Source: the human T2T-CHM13v2.0 reference genome, Homo sapiens. From it: DNA of 64,000 bases. The stretch's first letter is position 1, and every line of letters begins with the position of its first letter. Below are positions 54,412 to 64,000 of the stretch, piece by piece. The notes beneath the pieces are model-generated. The model saw only the letters and a list, made by a program, of their open reading frames with translations, did not search any database and was not told where the DNA came from. The position numbers were made by a program, and so were the translations under genes. The DNA is taken from NCBI RefSeq assembly GCF_009914755.1, contig NC_060927.1, one strand, 5' to 3'.

Positions 54412-57400
54412 TCGCCAAGTCATTCCATCTCTTTAAGGCTTACTTTCTTCATTGATAAACTAAAAATGTTAGTCAAGATAAAGAATTTCAAACTTAGGTG
54501 CTTCTATAGGCCAGGCCATTAACATAAATGACCAAATCAATGGCAGTGGGAGTTTTGGCCAACTGAAGCCCACACGCCCCATTCCAAATAGGCAGCAAGT
54601 CACTCACCTGACACAGAAATGCAGGTCCAGTGTTGCAATAGGACTTTCCCCACAACGTTGGAAATCTAGATGTTTATATAAAATATTTTTCTTTTTCCAT
54701 ACATAAACTACTGTGAAATTTTTCAAAGCACTGTGTGGGCTAAACCAAAACATACCTATATGCTGGTATGTGCAACCTGGGCTCTAAGAACTTTCTTTAC
54801 TGCTTTTACCAAGCTCTGATTTATTTATAGGAGTGATTTGACTTTGACACCTGGAATCTAAAACACACAGCTGGAGACTCAGTTGAGTAGTGAGCATCAA
54901 ACCACCCCACTGTGAAGTCAAGACAAGCTAAAGATGCTACCAGGTAGCAGCCTGTGGTGAATGTTAGCAGGATTCCAGCATGAGATGAAGTCCTACTTAC
55001 ACCCCAGAATGCAGACAAGTCTGAAAAGAAATCATACTAAGGGAAGGGACAGCCCAATCCCCTAATTCTGGATCAAGGACAATGTGCCAGAGATATTAAC
55101 AAAGAGAAAGGGTAGTGAAGCTGAATTCTCCCCAGTGACTATCACCCTTGTCACCCTGGGACCCAATCCTTATGGAGCCTGCCTAGATCCTCCAGCACAT
55201 GTGAGACTGACAGCGGAAAGCTGCAGAGGTGAAGCAGAAATTAGTAGCATGAGCAGCCATCAGCATCTTCCATGGACATAGTAGGCAGGGTTGGGAAGGG
55301 GGTAAGGGGTAGCAGATGGACTGGGAATATTCTTAGCTGTTTGGCAGAATCTAAAAAAAGGTAGAGTGCCCTCAGAGGTGGCAAAGTCAGAAACTCAGTT
55401 TTGTAAGTCCTGTTAAACCTATGTTTAGCTCCAGGATAAGGAAGCCTTGGAAACAGGATTGTGTGAGTAAGAGCCCGGAGTTAGGATTCAAGTAAACTGA
55501 GCATTAATCCCACATGTGTCACTGTCTTGCTGTGTGACTTCTGCTTCCTTAAATTTAAAATGGTAATAACACAGTATAATGGTAATAACACAGAGTTATT
55601 ACTCTGTAACACAGGGTTGTTTTCAGCATCAAATAATATCATGAATACAAGGCAATTCAGAAAGTACACATTTCTCATGTAATTGCAAGACCTTTTTATT
55701 TTACTAAGAAATTACTAATGGATTCTAGGAATGCAATTTATTAAAAGCCATTTAAGTCTCCAATCAGAATTATTCTTTAATTTGGAGATGGGAGGGTAAG
55801 AGGGTTAATAGTCAGGGCTTAAGGGGAACAGCAGCAAACACACTGACTACTCCATTACAAACTCTGCCACTTACAGTCATGTCTAGAGGGGGTTCATGGA
55901 GTGGGACTAAGGGAGGTCAAATTCCAAGATGGACTTGAAAAGACCTCAGGAGGAATTTGCCCTAAAGCAGTGGTTCTTAACCTTTTTCAGGTCAATGATG
56001 CTTTGAGGAACTGATTAACGCTATGGCTTCTGTCTTGGAAAAAGACACATATACAAAATTGACATATATCTTCAGGACGTTCATGAACCACCCCCGCCAA
56101 GGATCCCAACTTGAAAATGCTACCCTTAAGGAAGACAGGATCACAGGAAAAACATTCAGTGTGGTCTTAGGCAATGAGCTGGTGCTGGATAGGAGGCAGT
56201 TCTAAGAACAGCTGGAAGCCAACAGTAAAGACAAAGCCGACTTTCTTTAAAGCTCAGCCCCTCCTCAAAATATTGTTACTGTGAGACCCTTAGATGAAGA
56301 CATCTTAGAGTCTCCCTATAAAGGGCCACATATGTACTCACAAATACTACCATTCTAGGTAACTAGTAGCTTCTGCTCCCTTGGACAGCTTCAACATAAG
56401 GGAGCATACTCTAGGCTCAGTTCACATGGACCCTGCTCGAACTCAGTGCAAAAGATACGAGAGAAAGAACAGTATGTAAGTCTCTCTAAGAACGACAAGG
56501 CACTTTATCAATACATTATAGAACATGCAGGGAATTTTCCTCATTTTGGTTTTGTCAAAGAGAAAGTAGAGAAGAGAATACATGTTACAGAGAGGGTGAC
56601 GGTGTCAATATGAATACCACCAAGAGCAGGAGTTCGCAGCAACTTAGAATGCCAGTGAACATCATGGCAGAAACCTGGCACCCATACACACAGCAATGGG
56701 GCAGGAAGAGAAACACTGGTTCTACAGAAATTCAACAACAACTTCTCACTGACAAGAGCAGAACAATCTTTAATTCTTGAATGAAATACAGCCTCAAACA
56801 CATTTTGACAAAATATAATCTATCCACTTCCCAATCCAATCTCTTATAGAAATATGTTTTGGAAAGTACAATGGAAGTCAAATAAAAAGAATATTTTTCT
56901 CATGTATTTGTAATAACTAAACTATGTTTAGGTGAATGAAGACATACTATGAATGTGGAATTATAACTGTTCAGAACACACTTAATGACCTTTTCATAAC
57001 GTATTCTTATATTCTACTTTTGACTTTATTAATATCACAAAAGAATACTCATATATTGCAATTTTTAAATGACTTTCAAAGTAGGAGTGAATGAACAAGT
57101 TGAAATTACCAGTTACAATTAATGCTTTCTTTAAATCAAAAATATCTTACTAAGACCAGTAAAAGTATCAAAAAAATCTCCTATCAAATAAAACTTCACC
57201 AAGGACTGTAGTCTATAAAGTCAAAAGAACATGCTGCAGTGCATTCATATCTACTTGCCAAAGAAACAGTTCGCATATTATCAATGGGTTTTGAAACTTC
57301 CCAAGGACATGATGTCTTCCACTTGGGTATTTTACTTAATGAACTACTGACTGGGTTTATTCAAAGAGTCACGTGGATTTTTAATTTTCCCAGGTCAAAC

Positions 57401-57667
57401 GGTTTAAATACCAGGTAATTTCCCTGTGAAGCTATAATTTTAAATGCCACTTCTTGCTAATATATTTCCAATTTAATGGTAAGTCACATTTTAGAATGTA
57501 GTAAAACATTTTTACAAAAGTATTGAGTCAGATAATGCAAGAAAAATGATTTAGCACAGTGGTTGGTACCCAGCAAGTGCTCAATGAATGTTAGCTTATG
57601 ACAACTTTGGGAATAATGATGTTGCCAACAATGACAATAATAATACTCAAACAACTATACTCACCTT

Positions 57668-59930
57668 ATGGTAGGCTGCTACGAAGGCTGCCCCCAATGA
57701 TCTCCACTTTCTGTAATTCACAATCTCACTAAGCCCTTCCCTTGTGCTGAATTCAGCATGTGCTGAATGTAGAGATTCAATTCTAATGAAGATAATATGG
57801 CAGAAGTGATGAGATACCACTTCCAAGATTAGGTTATTAAAACACCTTCACTTTTATCTTCAGTGCTTACACTGTTTATCAATCTCTTGGATCTCTTGCT
57901 GATATGGTTTGGCTCTGAGTTGTAATTCCCAATGTTGCAGGAGAGGCCTGGTGGGAGGTGACTGGATCATCGGGGTGGATTTCCCCCTTGCTGTTCTCAT
58001 GATAGTGACTGAGTTCTCACAAGAACTGATGGTTTAAAGGTGTATGGCACCTCCCCCTTCACCCTCTCTCTCCTGCTCCACCAGAGTAAGACATGCTTGC
58101 TTCCCCTTTGCCCTCTGCCATCATTGTAAGTTTCCTGAGGCCTCCCAGCCATGCTTCCTATATAGCCTGTGGAATTGTGAGTCAACTAAGCCTATTTTCT
58201 ATATAAACCAGCCAGTCTCAGGTAGTTCTTTCTAGCAATGTGAGAACAGACTAATACACTTGCCCTGGGGGTAACCAGTTATGATATCGTGACGTATTCC
58301 TGTGGCAGGCCCCAGATGAGTGTGATTGGAAATGGATTTTCTAAGGCCTATCAACAACCACCTGAGTGAATTTTGAAGTAGATCCTTTAATCCCAATCAA
58401 GTTTTAAAATGACTAAACACTGATCAGCAGCTTGACTGCAACCTTGTGAGTGACCATGGCAGAGTCACCCAGTTAAGCCCAGATTCCTTTCCCACAGAAG
58501 TTGTGAGATAATGTTCATTGTTCTACAACAGTTAAGTTTTGAGATAATTTGCTATGCAACAAGATAACTAATATAGATTTTGAAATGGGGTGCTGTCATA
58601 AAAATCTAAAGGTGGAAGTAGCTTTGGAACTGTGTAGTGGACCTTAAGAAAAGTGTTAGTGAGAATGTGCCTCGAACACACTCTACATAGAATTTTGGAA
58701 TTTAAGAAGGCTGATGGAAGGGCTTAAATGAAAGTGAGAAAATGTTTATGGAAACTAAAAATTATGTAGTGGCTAAAGTTTAGCAATAACCACACTTAGG
58801 TGTAGTTAATGTGACCAGCAGTCACTTATAGTTACATGGAAATTAAAAAAAAAAAAATGTGCCAGATGAACTGAGTTATCCAGTTAAGGACATTTACCAG
58901 CAAAGTGCTGAAGATGTCACCTGGTTTCTTCTTACTGTCTTATGGTAAACTATGAGAAGAAAGAGATACATTGGGGGAAGTACTGCTAAACAAAAAGGAG
59001 GCAGGACTTGATAGTTACGAAAATTCTTAGCTTCTCTAGACAGCAAATAATGTTGAAATTAAGAAACAGCTTTTAAGATAAGATCAATTCCAGGACACTA
59101 TCAGAAAAACATGGTCTAAAGACAAAAGCGGAGGGTGTCTTATAAAATCGGTTTGTTAAAATCTTGGAATGATCAAAAGTGATATCTCAGAGTACTATTT
59201 CATCAGATGACAGGACCTCCTAAGGGTTCCTCAGAGCCTCATAATGAGCCTTTGGGAAATTTAAGGGCATGCATTGTCTCTCCCCGATCTTGGCACAAGC
59301 CCAAAGTAGAGAAGACTTATCTCCAAGAGATATATGAATGTGGCTTTTGGCTAATGGAGAAAATTCAAAGAAGTTTCACAGGAGACCCACAAACTTTTTG
59401 AGAAGATTGTATCAGCAGAACCACTGCCTATTTGGACCAAAAGGGGTAGAAGCAGTACTAAATTTAAAAAGGCCACGGGTCCTTAAAATTCTACCGGTAG
59501 GAAGCAGGCTGAGAAAACCACTCAGCTGCAAACATATGCCACCTTTCACGAAAAAGGAAAGATGACTCAGAGTGGAACCAAGAAACCAAATGGTACAGTC
59601 AAGAGCCCTGGAGAACTATTCCCAGGCTTTGAGACCTACTACAGGAGCACTTGCCTCAACAGACTTCAAATTCCTATTGACAGGTGACTCCTATTTTTCT
59701 CACATTTCTGCCTTTTTTTTAAACAGGAATATCTAGGTATTTTATGCCTGTCCTACCACCATATGTTGGCTGTGTTGAGGGCAGGTAATTTGACTCTGGT
59801 TTCACAGATCTACAGATAAAGAGGAAGCATACTTGAAGAATTATAGTTAAAGATTGTATGGATACCTAAGGGGCCTCACCCACACCTGGATCAAATTTGG
59901 ATGGCATCTAGATTTTGAGGTGATGACCGC
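57668..59930 (+). mobile_element. MLT1-type LTR (to approx. 58574) plus internal region, with nested MST LTR
   Basis: LTR end gcaacaagataactaatata followed by internal start gattttgaaatggggtgctgtc ... gtagctttggaactg. Confidence 0.75.
57900..58258 (+). mobile_element. MST (MSTA-like) solo LTR, TSD CTTGC
   Basis: tgatatggtttggctctg ... gagaacagactaataca; CTTGC at 57895-57899 and 58259-58263. Confidence 0.88.
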
Positions 59931-61579
59931 CTATACAGTAAAAAAAATTATTTTTCATATTTTAATAAAAGTGATGTTTGACATCAATACAATTTAACTT
60001 GTTTTATAGCATCCAAACCTCTAAATAAAATATAAAATAATTTAAAACATTTTCTGTCTGTTAAAAGATTGAGCTACTAATGCAGAAGGGCAAGCATCAT
60101 AGATTTCTAATATTAATATTATTTATTAATAAATCTCACTAATATAAAACTTGATAAACTTCTCTAAACCAAATTAATCAATTATCAACTGCCAAATTTT
60201 AATCTGTTTATAATATTTATTTGACAGCATCATAGCTATTATCAAGAGAACACATAAGCAATGTCAAAGCTGTCCTAAATATCTTGATTTGCAGATTATT
60301 TTTTCTGTTTGTAACAAAGATTCCAATTAAAGGAGGCATTTTAAATGAGATGTGAACTGGAAAATGAAATGTCTGACTCTCCTAAAATGATTATAATTTT
60401 TTTAACTTCATGCACTCCCAAAGAAAAGCAAATAATATCATTTCAATGTTCTATAATGCCTATCCTTCAGAATGACAGCACATCTTAATTTTCTATTCAC
60501 TATCATATTGTGACATTTTATGTATGAAAAATAGTTAAAGCAGTATTTTTTAAAATGTCATACGGCTATAGAGAGCAATTTATTTCATGCCCATGTCCCT
60601 CCGGGCTATGAGCCTATTTAGTAAAGCTTATCAGTGAAGGACAATGACTGACATGTCTTCTGCATATGCACTCATGGGCCAATAAAAACAAAGAACACAA
60701 ATATACCATTCAGAAATACACAGCACTGTTTAAAAATAGCAATGCCCATTTCTTCTCACAGAGAAGAGGGTCCTAGTCTACAGAGACAGCACAGAGCAGT
60801 GAAGGGGTATTATCTTGTACTGAGAGTCAGAGTATGTGGGCTCTCAGCTTAGCTTAAGCTACCTGGTAAGTGACTTATCCACCTTAGAATTCAGTTAACT
60901 AACTGTAAAATTCAGTGTCTGTATCCAACTTGATCAGTCAATGCATTCCTAAACTTCAGACATGCAGGCACCCCTCAGGCGAGTTCTTACTACACTCATG
61001 CAAAACCTGTACAGTTTTTTTGAATCCACCAAATAATCACTTAAATAAGTTTATTTTTCCTTAAAATAAACTTTAAACAGGAAACTTTTACACCACTACT
61101 TTATAAATGAAAAATCTGATTTACATAGCATTAATGATTGGTAATAGATTTAATTTTAAAATTAAATACAATAATACAACAAAACAATTATCAAATTCTA
61201 GCTATCAAGTTGTTGGCTGCCTAACATCTATTCTCTTTGGAAAAACAGAGAAGCAACTCTCTAGGAGAGAGATTCTAGCATCAGACTGAGAATTTCTCCA
61301 TTACTTGTCAGGAAAGCATTGAAAGGAAATAAGTTTTTCATTATATGATTCACTGTCATTTCAGGCAACATCTACATGCCACATAAAATCAACTCTAGTA
61401 TCAACCAAAATCATCTTTCATACCAGCAGCAAATTTCTTGTACCCTGGAAATGCTGCATCAAATAGTACACCCGTTATTTCTGATTCTAAATTTTATCAT
61501 GAATCCCCATATGACCCACCTAACCTACTTTCTTAAAACCATTAATACTGTCATGAGAGACACTAAAATAATTTTGAGG

Positions 61580-61790
61580 GCAATGATGCACTATGGAAAA
61601 AGTTACATTAGGTTTCTAAGCTTAGTTTCATCAGGCTAGATCTTGACACTGGCAAGTTAATTAACCTCTCTAAGCCTCAGATTGCTCATTCAGATTAAAG
61701 TGCTAGTGTCACAGTTAAATGACATAATGCATGTAATAAGCTTAGCATTGAACCCGAACATGGTAGGTACTCAATAAATGTTATGGATTA
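61580..61790 (+). mobile_element. MIR
   Basis: ggcaagttaattaacctctctaagcctcag ... gcttagca ... catggtaggtactcaataaatgtta. Confidence 0.75.
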
Positions 61791-63329
61791 AAAATAATTT
61801 AATTTTCTCAAATAAGTTTTCAAAATTCTACTAAAATTCACTCCAAAGAACACTGGCTAAAAAGAAAATATAGTTTATCATTTTTCTTTTATAATAAAGC
61901 TATATGATATATAACTTTCACTTCAAAATAAAGCTATAAAACCCATAAACCATCTACTGGCAAAAGTAGCAAAACCACTTTGTCCTTAATGATAAAAGAA
62001 GAACCATTGGCTGTCAAAATGAAAAACAACAACTCTTAGTTGCTATCATGTAAAGCATTTTCAGGTTTTTTCCACCCCAAGAACGGCTCAAAAGGGTAGA
62101 AAAGACAGAGTGAGAATATCTTAATCAAAAAGTTTCAGCCAAGTAGGGCACATAGTGAAAGGAGCCACTTTTAGGCCAGCACTAATAACACTCTTACCTA
62201 CTAGATGTAGTAAAGGCTGGGCAAAATAAAAAGAAGCCCAATGTTAATTCAACAACAGTAGTTCTGGTCACCTAATAAATGGTAGTAGTAATATTCTCCA
62301 GGACTCATACTCGTCACTTTAGATGCACTATTTCTAATCCATACAAGTTTGCAAGTTAGACATTGCTAACCCAAATTAAAACACGAAGAGGCTGAAGTTC
62401 AGAGAGGTTATTTGCCTGCTCAAGGTCACCCTGCTGGTAAATGCCTGAGTTGCACTGAAACCACATCTGATGCCCCAACCAGCTCTCCAGTCACCATTTC
62501 CTGCTGCTTTTCTTTTAGGACATAAAGATGTGAACAAAACTCTTCCTCAGTACTTTGAAAAGTCACCAGGTGATATGTGTCCCCTTTTCTTTCCCTGCCC
62601 TCTTCTGGTTTCTCTCCAATCCTTTGCTTTTTGATTCACACCATATTTAGTCAGTATTCATTTCCCCAACTCCAATTCACTTATTCCTTCAGCCACAGTA
62701 ATGTGGTATTGCACCCCAGCCCTTTTGGAAACTGTCCTTCCTAAGAAAAGAAAGAATAAAAAGAAATCAAGGCAAGGCTTCCAATCTACTTGGAACTTAA
62801 ACTAAAGGCTCCCAGATAACAAGTAATTCTCTTACACAGCAACCAATTATTTACCTGGACACCAGTACTCTCATTAGAGTTGGCATGTTACATATTAGAG
62901 GGATGACTAAGGTGGGCACAACGTGTGAAATCGATTATAGATTATGTGCAAATCATACATATTCAAAAGAATGCTTCACTGAATTAGAGCTTCAAAAGGT
63001 ATTTGGAAGCTTTTATCTTTTATTCAGGGAAGGAATTTACACACAAATAAAAATTACTGAACTTAAGAGTATTTTTGTTCCATATTCTAAATGGTACAGG
63101 ATCAAGCAAAAATGATAGTCTCTTCATTTAACTCTAAGTTGTACTTCAGTGAAGATGTCCATTTAATAGACAATGTCTAGTTCATGTTTTAAGTTCTAAC
63201 GCTGCACTTGAAAATTAGTACACCTACCACACATTGCCCACACTTGTGGTCTAAATTGCTGAGGTCTATGAACCACTCTGTTGTATATGTTTCCTCAATC
63301 ATCCAAAATGCAAGCTACACCCTTCTAAG

Positions 63330-63530
63330 CACTGCACATCAGCTAACACTATTGATTCTCAAGATAACCTTTTGTAAGCACTATTATCCTGATTATTACA
63401 TATGAATAGATTGAGTCACAGAAAGGTTAAATAACTTGCCCATGACCACACAGCTAGCAAAATAAGATAGCAGAAAATCAAATCCAAGTGCTCTGACGCC
63501 TCAGCCTGTATCTATTATACCTCACTGCGC
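63330..63530 (-). mobile_element. MIR
   Basis: cacagaaaggttaaataacttgcccatgaccacacagctag. Confidence 0.7.
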
Positions 63531-63656
63531 ACAATACCACCATATATATGCACATTAATAGGCCAAGAAAAAGTACTACATAGGTACTACCAGGCACCAG
63601 ACGCTGGAGATGAAGGAATAAAAAAAGCCTGGTTCTGTGCTGAAGATGTTTCTCTC

Positions 63657-63954
63657 TTTTTTTTTTTTTTTTTGAGACAGAGTCTCGCTCTGTTGCCCAG
63701 GCTGGAGTGCAGGGGGGTGACTGGGCTCACTGCAACCTCTGTCTCCCAGGTTCAAGCAATTCTCATGCCTCAGCCTCCTGAGTAGCTGGGATTATAAGCA
63801 TGTGCCACCACACCTGGCTAATTTTTGTATTTTTAGTAGAGATGAGGTTTAGCCATGTTGGCCAGGCTGGTCTCAAACTCCTGATCTCAAGTGATCCACC
63901 CGCCTCAGTCTCCCAAAGTGCTGGGATTACAGGCGAGAGACAGGGTGCCTGGCC
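63657..63954 (-). mobile_element. AluS
   Basis: Poly-T followed by gagacagagtctcgctctgttgcccaggctgg ... gcctggcc. Confidence 0.92.
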
Positions 63955-64000
63955 AATGTTTCCTTTCTAAAAGTAGATTTAGGGAAGGTTGAAAGCAAAG

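Overview
Primate, almost certainly human, genomic DNA covering part of GOLIM4 (GPP130, Golgi integral membrane protein 4) on the minus strand. Eleven coding exons can be reconstructed with canonical GT-AG boundaries and consistent phases between 1616 and 22256. From recall of the 696-aa protein these are exons 2-12. Positions 22257-64000 are part of the long first intron; exon 1 and exons 13 onward lie outside the window. Introns are filled with Alu (J/S/Y/Ya5), a truncated SVA, L1, L2, MIR, MaLR LTRs (THE1, MST, MLT1, including a full LTR-int-LTR THE1) and hAT-type MER elements. I see no wholly new gene or system. The best leads are a 51-nt in-frame candidate cassette exon in intron 9, two tandem CTCF-like motifs in intron 2, a templated insertion inside an Alu copied from about 1.6 kb away, and young insertions (SVA with a sense poly(A) signal, AluYa5). 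Smaller splicing features include RBFOX motifs around the 84-nt exon 7, a GYNGYN tandem donor and candidate recursive splice sites. Repeat subfamily calls are by eye and repeat boundaries are approximate.
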